The notes beneath the pieces are model-generated. The model did not search any database and was not told the origin of the DNA. It saw nothing but the letters and a program-made list of their open reading frames with translations. Below are positions 26,131 to 35,900 of a stretch of DNA of 39,751 nucleotides, piece after piece (position 1 is the stretch's first letter; each line of letters starts with the position of its first letter). This DNA comes from a virus. Its lineage: Duplodnaviria > Caudoviricetes. The position numbers and the translations under genes are program-made. The stretch covers positions 1 to 39,751 of IMG/VR virus record IMGVR_UViG_3300032373_000043; one strand, given 5' to 3'.

Positions 26131-27192
26131 ATGAAGCGCATGATGATTTTTTTAACAGGTATGGCTGCATTCGTCGGCGTGGTAATTGCTGCCGTCGCGG
26201 GCGTCCCACCAATAGACTTCCAAGCAACGATTACTTCAAGTGGTTTTATGGGTGAGGCTGGATTACCGATGCTTGGCGTTGCTGGAATGATCATTAATAA
26301 AGAAAACCTGAGTTCAGTTTTTACTGGGCTGAAAACCATTTTTAACAATACGTTAAAAGCAGAGCCGGGCAATTGGCAGAAGACTACCATGCAGGTGCCA
26401 TCGACACGCTCAGGTGAAGACCATGTGTGGCTATCGCGATTTCCCAAATTCCGCAAATGGATCGGCGACAAGACCGTCAAGTCCATCAAGGCGGGAAAAT
26501 ATTACGTCAAGAATGAAGACTGGGAGACCACACTGGAAGTTGATCGCAACGATATCGAAGACGATGCGCTGGGCATTTATCAAACCCAGGCATCTGGAGC
26601 GGGTGAAGCGGCGGGTGAGCTAAACGATATTATTTCCGATGATCTGAAAGACAAGGCATTCACCGAAACCTGTATGGATGGCCAGTTTTACTATGACACA
26701 GACCATCCAGTTAATGATGCCAGTGTCTCCAATAAAGGCACGGCCGTATTGTCTGCCGCCACTCTAGCGGCCGCAAAGGCAAGTTATGGCTTAGGCCGAG
26801 AAGCCATTATGGGTTTCAAAGATGAAGAAGACATGCCACTGCGCCTGGTGGGCGACACTCTAGAGGTTGGGCCTTCCCAAGAGGCTGTTGCCAAAATCCT
26901 CATGACCGCCGACAAGCTCCAGGATGACAGCCCCAATCCGTATAAAGGCACTGCCACGGTGGAACTTAATCCAGCAATTACCGATAACCGCTGGATGCTA
27001 CATGTTACCAATAAGACCAGTATTAAGCCGTTCATGATCCAGATGCGAAAAAGCCCCGTTTTTGTCCAACAGACCGGCATGGACAGTGACGATGTTTTCA
27101 ACCGTCGCAAGTTCAAGTTTGGTGCCGAGGCGCGCGCCACAGGTTTTTACGGTTTTTGGCAATTGAGTTATGGCTCAGACGGTACGGTGTAA
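26131..27192 (+). CDS. Major capsid protein (Mu gpT family) with 52-aa hydrophobic N-terminal extension
   Basis: WLSRFPKFRKWIGDK, VDRNDIEDD, DGQFYYDTDHPV, GFYGFWQLSYGS; usual start region MIINKENL at 26287. Confidence 0.95.
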   Translation: MKRMMIFLTGMAAFVGVVIAAVAGVPPIDFQATITSSGFMGEAGLPMLGVAGMIINKENLSSVFTGLKTIFNNTLKAEPGNWQKTTMQVPSTRSGEDHVWLSRFPKFRKWIGDKTVKSIKAGKYYVKNEDWETTLEVDRNDIEDDALGIYQTQASGAGEAAGELNDIISDDLKDKAFTETCMDGQFYYDTDHPVNDASVSNKGTAVLSAATLAAAKASYGLGREAIMGFKDEEDMPLRLVGDTLEVGPSQEAVAKILMTADKLQDDSPNPYKGTATVELNPAITDNRWMLHVTNKTSIKPFMIQMRKSPVFVQQTGMDSDDVFNRRKFKFGAEARATGFYGFWQLSYGSDGTV

Positions 27193-27228
27193 TCCTACCC
27201 CTCATAGCAAGCAATAACAGTCCATAAC

Positions 27229-27255
27229 AAGGGGGCGAAATAAGCCGCCCCCTTT
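27229..27255 (+). terminator. Hairpin after the capsid gene (terminator/attenuator-like)
   Basis: AAGGGGGCG-aaataagc-CGCCCCCTTT. Confidence 0.6.
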
Positions 27256-27278
27256 ATGAAACACACAGGAGAAACAGC

Positions 27279-27485
27279 ATGGCTGAATCAAAACCAAAAC
27301 CAAAACCAAATACCGTGAAAGGCATACGGGTGACCACCAAGGTGGATGGATTCCGCCGTGGCGGTCGAGCCTGGACAGGCACCACTGAAGTACCTGTGTC
27401 GGAATTTGACAAAGGACAGCTTAAGCAGATTAAGAGCGAATCTTTATTGGTAGTGCAAGACATCAATATTCCCGTTGACGACTAA
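27279..27485 (+). CDS. HI1506/gp35-like small protein
   Basis: IRVTTKVDGFRRGGRAW...QLKQIKSESLLVV. Confidence 0.78.
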   Translation: MAESKPKPKPNTVKGIRVTTKVDGFRRGGRAWTGTTEVPVSEFDKGQLKQIKSESLLVVQDINIPVDD

Positions 27486-27904
27486 TGCTTTACTGCACCG
27501 AACAAGACATGATCGACCGGTACGGTGAGGTGGAGCTGATCCAGCTCACCGACCGGGATGATCTCGGTATCATTGATACCAACGTACTGACGGTGGCTAT
27601 CGAAAACGCCAGCGCCCTGATGGATGGTTACATCGGCAGCCGATATGCGCTGCCCTTGTCAACGGTGCCTCGCGTGTTGGAACTCTACTGCGCCGACCTC
27701 ACACGTTACTACCTCTATGATGATCGCGTCACAGAAACGGTGGGGCGTAATTACGATTCGGCAATGGATTTCCTGAAACAGGTTTCCAATGGCCGCACCA
27801 AGCTGGGCCTGTCGGACTCTGGTGACAAACCCACAGCCAATAACGGCGCAACGATGACATCAGGTGGTCGTGTCATGGGTCGGCAAGATAAAGGCTTTTT
27901 GTAG
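27485..27904 (+). CDS. Head-tail adaptor gp36/J (DUF1320)
   Basis: YCTEQDMIDRYGEVELIQLTD...DGYIGSRYALPL. Confidence 0.92.
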   Translation: MLYCTEQDMIDRYGEVELIQLTDRDDLGIIDTNVLTVAIENASALMDGYIGSRYALPLSTVPRVLELYCADLTRYYLYDDRVTETVGRNYDSAMDFLKQVSNGRTKLGLSDSGDKPTANNGATMTSGGRVMGRQDKGFL

Positions 27905-27906
27905 TC

Positions 27907-28338
27907 ATGCATGATCTCGCTGCCCTGGATGACGCTGTCATCAAACAACTCAAGGACAAGGCGGACGTATTTCGCCAAGTTTCAACCCTCGACAGTGAGG
28001 AAGACTTGCTGGATTCAAAGCTGCCAAACGCCACCGCATTTGTATTAATTGGTCGCGGCCAATTTCAGCCACCTATTGGCAACACAAACTATCAAGAAGG
28101 CACTCTGGATGTATCGGTGTTTGTGGTTGCTCGCAATGTGCGCGGCAAAGGTGCCGCGCGTAAACGAGTTGCTGGGGCCTATGAATTGATCACTGCCACG
28201 GATGCTGCCTTGTTGGGTTTTGAGCCAGCCAATGGTTGCGGAGCTTTGTACCTGGTATCTGTTGCGTCGGTACTGGTGGATAAAGTTTCTGCTATCTATG
28301 AAATTATTTTTAGATTCGATATATCGGAGGAACCCTAA
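27907..28338 (+). CDS. Tail terminator gp37/K-like
   Basis: Position; VFVVARNVRG...GAYELI...LLGFEP. Confidence 0.78.
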   Translation: MHDLAALDDAVIKQLKDKADVFRQVSTLDSEEDLLDSKLPNATAFVLIGRGQFQPPIGNTNYQEGTLDVSVFVVARNVRGKGAARKRVAGAYELITATDAALLGFEPANGCGALYLVSVASVLVDKVSAIYEIIFRFDISEEP

Positions 28339-29288
28339 TGCCTATTCGTCATGGCCGTAACACCCAATTGTTATTACAGCGCAACACTGGTATCTATCGC
28401 GCTGTGCCCGCACCAGTCGGCGCATTTGCGATGAAGTTTTCTGAAATAGAAATGGGTCGTGATCCACAACGACAGGAAGACCCGACGATACAGAACACAC
28501 CGCTGGCCGTAAAAAAGGATGACGGCGAACCCACATTCGACGGTAGCCTGAAGGGCATTTTGTGTCTCAATGATATTGGTCAGTGGCTGTCACTGTTATG
28601 GGGCACACCGACCACTACCGGTGTTGGCCCGTACACTCACACATTTACACTCGATCTGAGTGAGCGACCCGATGCGCTGCTGCAACTGGGTTATCTCAAC
28701 GCCAGCAAATATCCACGATGGCTGGGCCTAATGGTAGGCAGCATGAGTTGGGACGTTAAAGAGGATGACCAGTCATTCAACGTTGAATTAATGGCCGGTG
28801 AAGAAACCAGCCCCGAGCCGGTTACTGCATTTGATGCAGCGCCCACAGCCTATGCTAAGAATCGCGCCGTCAGTAAACGCGGTAACGTTTACGATATTGA
28901 TGGTGCCACAACACTGGGCCGCATAACCAAAGCATCCGTGAGCATCGTCAACGACAACGAAGGCCAGAACGTAGCCGATGGTACTGAAGGGTATGGCGAA
29001 GTGTTGGTAGGCCAGCCAGCCATCAGTGGATCGGTGTCCGCACTGTTTGATGACACCGTAAATATTTTTGACCACGGTCGTGACCACGCCACTAAGCCCA
29101 TGACATTAATCAGCGCCAACAAGGCCGGTGATAACTGGCTGAAGCTGATTCTGCCTGCCGTGGAGTTTGGTGAAATCAAACATAAAGTGGCGACCTCCAA
29201 GGGGCTGGTTATTGATACGGAATGGAGCGCCCATGCCGATGCGACGCCCCCCACCATCGAACTGGTTAACGGCATTGCCAGTTATTAG
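28338..29288 (+). CDS. Major tail tube protein (siphovirus type)
   Basis: 316 aa; GPYTHTFT, ISGSVSALF, IELVNGIASY; no sheath gene present. Confidence 0.85.
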   Translation: MPIRHGRNTQLLLQRNTGIYRAVPAPVGAFAMKFSEIEMGRDPQRQEDPTIQNTPLAVKKDDGEPTFDGSLKGILCLNDIGQWLSLLWGTPTTTGVGPYTHTFTLDLSERPDALLQLGYLNASKYPRWLGLMVGSMSWDVKEDDQSFNVELMAGEETSPEPVTAFDAAPTAYAKNRAVSKRGNVYDIDGATTLGRITKASVSIVNDNEGQNVADGTEGYGEVLVGQPAISGSVSALFDDTVNIFDHGRDHATKPMTLISANKAGDNWLKLILPAVEFGEIKHKVATSKGLVIDTEWSAHADATPPTIELVNGIASY

Positions 29289-29297
29289 GAGCGAATC

Positions 29298-29492
29298 ATG
29301 GCCAAAGAAAAACTCAACACGCTGCAAAAAAAACAAAAGCCGGTGACGTTTCGTGACACGAACCATGTACAGCGCATCATTATTATTGGTACGCGAAAAC
29401 TGACAGTAAAAAATAGTTTAGTGACCGTGCAAGCCCCGGCGTTGATTGATGCGCTGGACAATCTGTACGGCATGGAAAGGGAGAAAAAATAA
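29298..29492 (+). CDS. Small hypothetical tail-region protein
   Basis: AGGAG RBS; coupled to the next gene. Confidence 0.6.
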   Translation: MAKEKLNTLQKKQKPVTFRDTNHVQRIIIIGTRKLTVKNSLVTVQAPALIDALDNLYGMEREKK

Positions 29493-29860
29493 TGTTGATG
29501 TTAGGTGCGCCATCACAAGTGGCAAAGTGGTCACAAGCCGATATTGAGCTGGACTTGATTCCTCTGTTTGAAGATAAAGACCAGGAATTTATCGCGAAAA
29601 CAACCACCGAAGTACGTGATAAAGAAGGCAAGCTGATTAACATTAAACGCGATGTCGCCAAATACGCACAACTGGTCGGAAACTATTGCATTAAAGGTTG
29701 GCGCGGTGTGGTGGACCGCAAAAAGAAACCATTGAAATGCACAGAAAAAAATATCAATGAATTTATGCTGATCGGTGTGGCCCAGGATTTTGTTTTTGGA
29801 AAAATTAAAGGCTTATCTTTGATCGTAATAAAAGAGACCGAAGCAGCAAAAAAAGATTAA
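29492..29860 (+). CDS. Tail assembly chaperone (G-like)
   Basis: Between tube and tape measure; CIKGWRGV motif; ends at a slippery A7G tract. Confidence 0.8.
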   Translation: MLMLGAPSQVAKWSQADIELDLIPLFEDKDQEFIAKTTTEVRDKEGKLINIKRDVAKYAQLVGNYCIKGWRGVVDRKKKPLKCTEKNINEFMLIGVAQDFVFGKIKGLSLIVIKETEAAKKD

Positions 29861-30159
29861 ACGCCCTGGTCAAGTGGATTCGCTCCGGTGGCCCACAAGC
29901 AATCGAAGCGCTGGAAGATCTCGGCGAAAAACCTAGCATAGAAGACCTGCCACCGCTGTTGCTCTGGGAAGCGCCCTTATGGCGGCTTTACCAGCAATTA
30001 AATAGCCAGTGGCGCTATGTTGAAGCAACGCCCGTGGGGCTGGAGTTGAGTGTTTTTATGCAACGTATTAAGGCTAAAGGCTGGGATATGGACTTGGCGC
30101 TGGATTTATTGAAAAGCATTGAGACGGCATTTCTGACAAAGGATGTTAGCGATGAGTGA
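29848..30159 (+). CDS. Frameshift extension of the tail chaperone (GT-like, -1 frame)
   Basis: A AAA AAA at 29848-29854; -1 frame open to 30159 (RLNALVKWIRSGG...SQWRY...GLE). Confidence 0.75.
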   Translation, partial: KKRLNALVKWIRSGGPQAIEALEDLGEKPSIEDLPPLLLWEAPLWRLYQQLNSQWRYVEATPVGLELSVFMQRIKAKGWDMDLALDLLKSIETAFLTKDVSDE

Positions 30160-32506
30160 GCCAGAAGTAAATATAGTCCTGACCATTAATGGCAAGCAAT
30201 ATACTGCCGCATTAAAAAAAGCAGGCGAGGAAACTGATAACTTCGGTGACCAGGCAAAAGATACGGCAGCAGACATTGGTGGCTTGGCTGCACAGGTTAA
30301 GAAGTCTGAAAAGGAAGCCGATAAATTAGGAAAAACCAGTAAAAAAACTGAACACAGATTGTTCGGTTTTGCGAAATCCATAAATAGTACAAAGGCCAAT
30401 ATAAATCAGCTCTCAGGTGCGGTAAAGCTATTGGTTGGGGGGTTTGTTGGTATTCAGTTGGGTCAAGTTATATTGGATGTGAAAGATACGGCTTTGCAGT
30501 CTGAGGCGCTGGGTAACAAGCTGCGTTTCGCCGTTGGTGGTTCTCAAGAAGCCGCTGAAGCAATGAATTTTGTGCGTGACGAGTCCAATCGTCTGGGGCT
30601 GGAATTATCAAGTCAGGCGGATGCCTATGGATCTATCGCCGCCGCCTCCAAAGGCACTCGTTTAGAAGGTGAAGCAACGCGGGAAATTTATCTCGGGGTT
30701 GCAGAGGCTTCTGCCGCACTGTCGTTAACAACCGATCAATCCACTGGCGCGATGCGCGCGCTGGAACAGATGATGAGCAAGGGCACTGTGCAAGCAGAAG
30801 AATTGCGTGGACAGTTAGGTGAGCGTATCCCCGGTGCGTTTCAAATCGCCGCACGATCCATGAATGTCACCACCGCTGAGCTGGGCAAAATGTTGCAGCG
30901 CGGCGAAGTGATGTCGGATGAATTCCTACCCAGGTTTGCCGCTGAATTGCGTCGGACATTTGGTGAAGATGCTATTAAAAATGCCGACAGTGCTCGCGCG
31001 TCTTTCAATCGTTTAAACACCGCGTTTTTTGAACTCAAATCCACCCTCGGCGAAGATCTAAACGAAACATTAAGTGACACGGCTGACTGGCTAACCACAT
31101 TAATCGAAAAAACGAATGAATTAGTTGGTGGTGGCAAAGACAGCTCCGCTGGCCTTAATGGCTGGGAACGACAGATCTCTGATATTTCTGAACGGCTAAA
31201 GGAAGCCGAAGCCGAACTGTCAGACGAAAAATCAGACCGCTTTTCGTTCAACCCATTTGGCCCTGACTTTCATGAGCGTGTTGCCGCTGCCCAGGCGAAG
31301 GTCGATGCGATCGCGAACATGATGGCGGAGGTTAACCGTAACTACAATCAGTTTGGTAGATTCAATCAAAGTGATAGCCCGCAAGCCGAAAACGCCACTG
31401 TTGAGTCAGTAGTAGATCCTGCCGCTGTTAAATCCGTAGACAGTTTACAGCAAAACCTCCAGCGCCAAATCGCTCTCTATGGCCAAGTAGGCAATGCAGC
31501 GAAAGTGCGTTACGAAACAGAACATGGCGCACTGCTTGGGCTCAAGCCTCAACAAAAAGAAAAACTCATTGATATGGCGGATGAGCTGGACTTCATCAAA
31601 GCCAATGACGAAGCCGTGCGTGAAGCCATCGCCACACAAAACGAAGCCATTGAGGTTGATCGACAATTAGCGGCAGCTAAACAGGAAATAGTGGCTGCGA
31701 ACCTGCAAGCCATTGAGTTGAATTCAGCAACGGAAGCCGAGGCGGAAAATGCGCGTTATCAATTAGCCCTGGAGCAATTACAGGCCGCCGAAGATGCCAA
31801 GCTCAACACGCTGGTAGGTTACGACGAACTACGCGAACGCCTGAAGATTGAACATGAGAGCCGCCTGACACAGATCGAGATGGGCGCATCTAGCCAGCGG
31901 TTACAGATACAACAAAGGGTTGAAGCACAAGTCGTACAAATGAGGGCTGCAACAGTAAATAGTGCTGTTGCATTACTGAGTGCGCTGGGTGCAAAGAGTA
32001 AAAAATTTGCGGCTACAGCAATCCTGCTGGAAAAAGCCACAGCTATTCAGCGTGTGTTAATACAATCAAAAGTGGCGGCGATGGCAGCACTAACACCACC
32101 ACCAATAGGACTGGGGCCAGTCGCAGGCGCGGGCCTTGCTGCAAGTATCACATCTGCCGGTTATACGAGCGCCGGTTTTATTACAGGACTGGGTGCTGTT
32201 CAGTTAGCCGGATTGAATAGCAATAGCGGTGCAGGCGCATCTCCGGTTTATTCTGTTGATCCATCCACCGGCTTACCCGCGAATGTCAACCCGTATACCG
32301 GTTCCTCTGCCGCCAACAATACCGGCAATAATAATAGTGGTGGCGTGACTGTTATCGAAGCCGTAGGTCGCGACACTGATACAATCACCTTGGCGCAAAT
32401 GGAACAAATATGGAAAATGCAAACGGACGCCATTGAGCGTGGCGACAGAATATTGTTCCGTCGTAGCTCAGCGCAAGGGCTGGAGTTAACGGAATCCGCC
32501 GCATGA
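30152..32506 (+). CDS. Tape measure protein
   Basis: ALEQMMSKGTVQAEELRGQLGERIPGA tape-measure motif; long Ala-rich helical protein. Confidence 0.93.
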   Translation: MSEPEVNIVLTINGKQYTAALKKAGEETDNFGDQAKDTAADIGGLAAQVKKSEKEADKLGKTSKKTEHRLFGFAKSINSTKANINQLSGAVKLLVGGFVGIQLGQVILDVKDTALQSEALGNKLRFAVGGSQEAAEAMNFVRDESNRLGLELSSQADAYGSIAAASKGTRLEGEATREIYLGVAEASAALSLTTDQSTGAMRALEQMMSKGTVQAEELRGQLGERIPGAFQIAARSMNVTTAELGKMLQRGEVMSDEFLPRFAAELRRTFGEDAIKNADSARASFNRLNTAFFELKSTLGEDLNETLSDTADWLTTLIEKTNELVGGGKDSSAGLNGWERQISDISERLKEAEAELSDEKSDRFSFNPFGPDFHERVAAAQAKVDAIANMMAEVNRNYNQFGRFNQSDSPQAENATVESVVDPAAVKSVDSLQQNLQRQIALYGQVGNAAKVRYETEHGALLGLKPQQKEKLIDMADELDFIKANDEAVREAIATQNEAIEVDRQLAAAKQEIVAANLQAIELNSATEAEAENARYQLALEQLQAAEDAKLNTLVGYDELRERLKIEHESRLTQIEMGASSQRLQIQQRVEAQVVQMRAATVNSAVALLSALGAKSKKFAATAILLEKATAIQRVLIQSKVAAMAALTPPPIGLGPVAGAGLAASITSAGYTSAGFITGLGAVQLAGLNSNSGAGASPVYSVDPSTGLPANVNPYTGSSAANNTGNNNSGGVTVIEAVGRDTDTITLAQMEQIWKMQTDAIERGDRILFRRSSAQGLELTESAA

Positions 32507-32901
32507 GCAGTGTTATCTATACTGCCACGCGATCAGTCACAGGGTCTCACGTCGCGGGTAACAACTACGCGCTCGATTTCAGCGCCGGTAAACTAAATCG
32601 CAATAGTAAAACAGCCCAAAAAACACATATTGCGCGTGGTGGCCAGAGCGAGACACTGCGCTACCGTCAAACCATTACCTGGGACATCACCACCACGCGC
32701 GTTACCGGCCCTAACATACCGTTACTGCGCGAGTTCCTGGACTCCGTTGATGGCGGTGAGGCATTCACGTTTGACCCCTACGGTACTAACGCCGCACCTG
32801 ACAATCCGGTTAGCTGCAAATTAGATAGCGATAGTTATAACGAAAACCGTCACGGTACTACTGACTCGTTCCGGGTGTCTTTTCGCGTGAAACAACTTTA
32901 G
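32503..32901 (+). CDS. Distal tail (Dit-like) protein
   Basis: Directly after the tape measure; REFLDSVDGGEAFTFDPYG. Confidence 0.7.
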   Translation: MSSVIYTATRSVTGSHVAGNNYALDFSAGKLNRNSKTAQKTHIARGGQSETLRYRQTITWDITTTRVTGPNIPLLREFLDSVDGGEAFTFDPYGTNAAPDNPVSCKLDSDSYNENRHGTTDSFRVSFRVKQL

Positions 32902-32909
32902 GAAAATTA

Positions 32910-35900
32910 ATGCGCGTTGATAATGTCACCTATGCAGCATTCCGCCGATCTGAAGCCAAGGATGTCCGTTACGTCATTAGCGTTAACTTCGGTGATGATG
33001 TTGATCCCCGGATGCATTATTTTACGTCACACGCTGACTGTGCTGTGCCTGCGACTGCTACCAGCGTCAGTTATGATGTCATCGAATCTACTTCCGGGCA
33101 GGCCCAACGTTTGGATCTATTGCGCTCACGTTCAGACATCGGCGGCGTGCGATTTAGTGTTATTGACCCGCTAGGGGCTGTGACCACTGTGATTACCGCA
33201 CAGCTCGCTGCTGGTTATAGCCTGCGGCAAAAAGAAGTGGTGATTTATTTAGGCGGCAAAGATTTCGCCTGGTCAGATTACGTGACTGCCGCGACGGTTA
33301 TTATTGATGATCGCGAGTGGCTGGAAGGTTCGCATGTGTTTAGCTGTTCAGATATTTTGCGCACAACCCGCAAGAATATTTGCGATCAAAACCGCACAAA
33401 TTTACGCAACAGCATCACTCAAGACGACACAGTATTAACTGTCTATAGCGCAGCAAAATTTGAGTTTAATACTCATGGCAACGGCTACTCTGACGCCCCT
33501 GGGCTGCGCGTTATTTATATCGATGTGGATGATGAGACCGTACGCGCTACAGATAAAGTGGACGCCCCTCTCAGTGTTACCGGTACTGACATTAGCATCA
33601 ACAGTGCTGACAATTCTATCAATAGCATTACCACTGATTTTTCCGGTTTTTCTCAGGGCATGCAGATTGTTTTATCGGGTAGCAATGACGGTATTTATCA
33701 TATTGCCCAGCCACCTACGGCCACTAAAATAATTACCGTCGAAAGTTTAACAAATACTGCTGCAGGCTCCAGCGTTAATGTACTTGCTGATATCCAGTTT
33801 TATAATTGTACTCGTGGCGTACTCAATACCAAACCTGCGGCACATGATGTAGATGCTACTGCTGACGCCGATCAACGCACCAAAGTCACGGAGCGCATTT
33901 ATTTTGAGCTGCCATTGCTCAAGGCCGCGTATGCCATTCTCACAGGTAATGTTTATGGGCAGGCTGATCCGTTCCCTAGCAATTGGCACCTGAATATATC
34001 CACAAAGTGGATTGCCACCAGTACATTTACCACTCACCCGGATTGGTGGGATATTGCTGACGATGCAACCGGTCAATTGGTACGGTTCAACGGATTAAAA
34101 AAACGCGATGGCAAAAAGTTCGTTGAAGAGCAGCTCATGCGATTGCAAGGTGCATTCATGCGCGTGCAGAGTGATGGCCAGCTCGCTCTGCGTCGCAAAA
34201 CCAGAGTTTCAGAAAAGGCGGCTCATATAAGAGTGCTGGATGACTCAAATTTGGTCGAATGGGGGGCTCTTAAGGAGGATATGGATGCTGTTTATGATGC
34301 ATTTACCTTTAACTGGAATGCTGATCCAAAAACAGGAAAGCCAAACAGGCACATAACATTGCTGAACCCCGATTCAAACAACGTTCAAGGAAAGCCTAAA
34401 ACGTTAGAGATGACATTTGAAGGGCTGAGCGGCTACACAACCACTCAGGCTACCCTTTCTTTATTGCGTGACTCCACACGAGATATGTATGCCGGGTCAC
34501 CCTTTCTCTGCCAGGTTAAAGCGCTGCCGTCCATGAATGATCTGGAAATTGGCGACATAGTACGCTGGCGCACACCATCAGTACGCGATCCGGTAAATAA
34601 CAACACACTGGATCGGTCGTTTATAATCGTGGCAAAAAACGATGACTGGATGACTGGCGGCGTGGTCCTTGATTTGTTTGGCAGCTCACGTCAGGCCACA
34701 CCCGTTAATGATGCACAAAGCAATCGTGTACTGACAACTGCTGCCTATGAAGTTGGTCAAGAGCTGTTGGCCTATCTTGACGCCACATATACCAATGCAA
34801 ACGGCACAAAATACCAAATAGTTAACAGCGTCCTGCACATCATAGAAAGCATTGACTTGATTGGTAATGATGACCTCTCTCTTGGGGGGAATTATTATTA
34901 TCACGGTGATGTAACAATCAATCAGTTAGATGGCTCATCCAATCAAATTGAAGTAACCATTAATAAAAATGTCGGATTATGGATTGATGGGCACTTCACA
35001 AATAATGGTTATATCAGCGGTGTTGGTCGTGGCATTAGTGATGGCAGCGTTGGGTTTATTGGTGCAACCAAGGCTGGCGGCGGATTTAACCACAGAGAGA
35101 TTTTAGGCTGGGGTACGTCAGCCAGTATTGATAGCGACGTAATCGCCGCAGAAAACCATTCGATACCAAATTTCAACATTCAATGGGATGGAAATAATAT
35201 TTCAGGACTGCCAAGCAACCTGCTTGGCACCGGTGGTGGCCAGGGTAAAAACACAACATATTTTTCAGAGGATGACGAAGGATTTACGAAAGGCCCATAT
35301 ACAGCGCAAGGTGGATTATATGGTGGTGGTGGAGCTGGGCTACGAATTGTTACCCACAGCCTGTCTATGGGGTTATCCGCAAATATTAATTTAAGCGGTG
35401 GCGATGGCCAACTGGGTGATTACGTAACATCCCTTGGTCCTGGTGGGGTTGCCAATGGCAGCTTTGGTTATAATGCTGGCAGCGCGGGTGGAGGTGCGGG
35501 TGGCGCGTTACTGGTAGTCCTGGATGGCAACGGCGCATTTGAAACCGGATTAAGTAATGGATTCATTTCGGCTAATGGGGGCTCACCAATTTTTGGTGGC
35601 AGGCTGACAAACAAATCTGGATCAAGCCCCTGGAGACCCGAGTATGCCAACGGCATTAATAGCTATTACGCAGGTTATCAAGCCAGCGATTCATCGGACG
35701 CCAATTACCGTGTGCAATACCTCATGGATGACATTGCCCCATCCCCTGAGCCACCAACGTACAGTGATCGACCGTTAACGATTAATGTTCAAGAACAAGT
35801 ATCCAGCTCAAACAGCCTAAATCAGTCAGGTCTGGAAATATCAGTAAACCCACCTGGTGACCCAACATATCGGGGGGCAAGATTAACGATTTCCAAAGTT

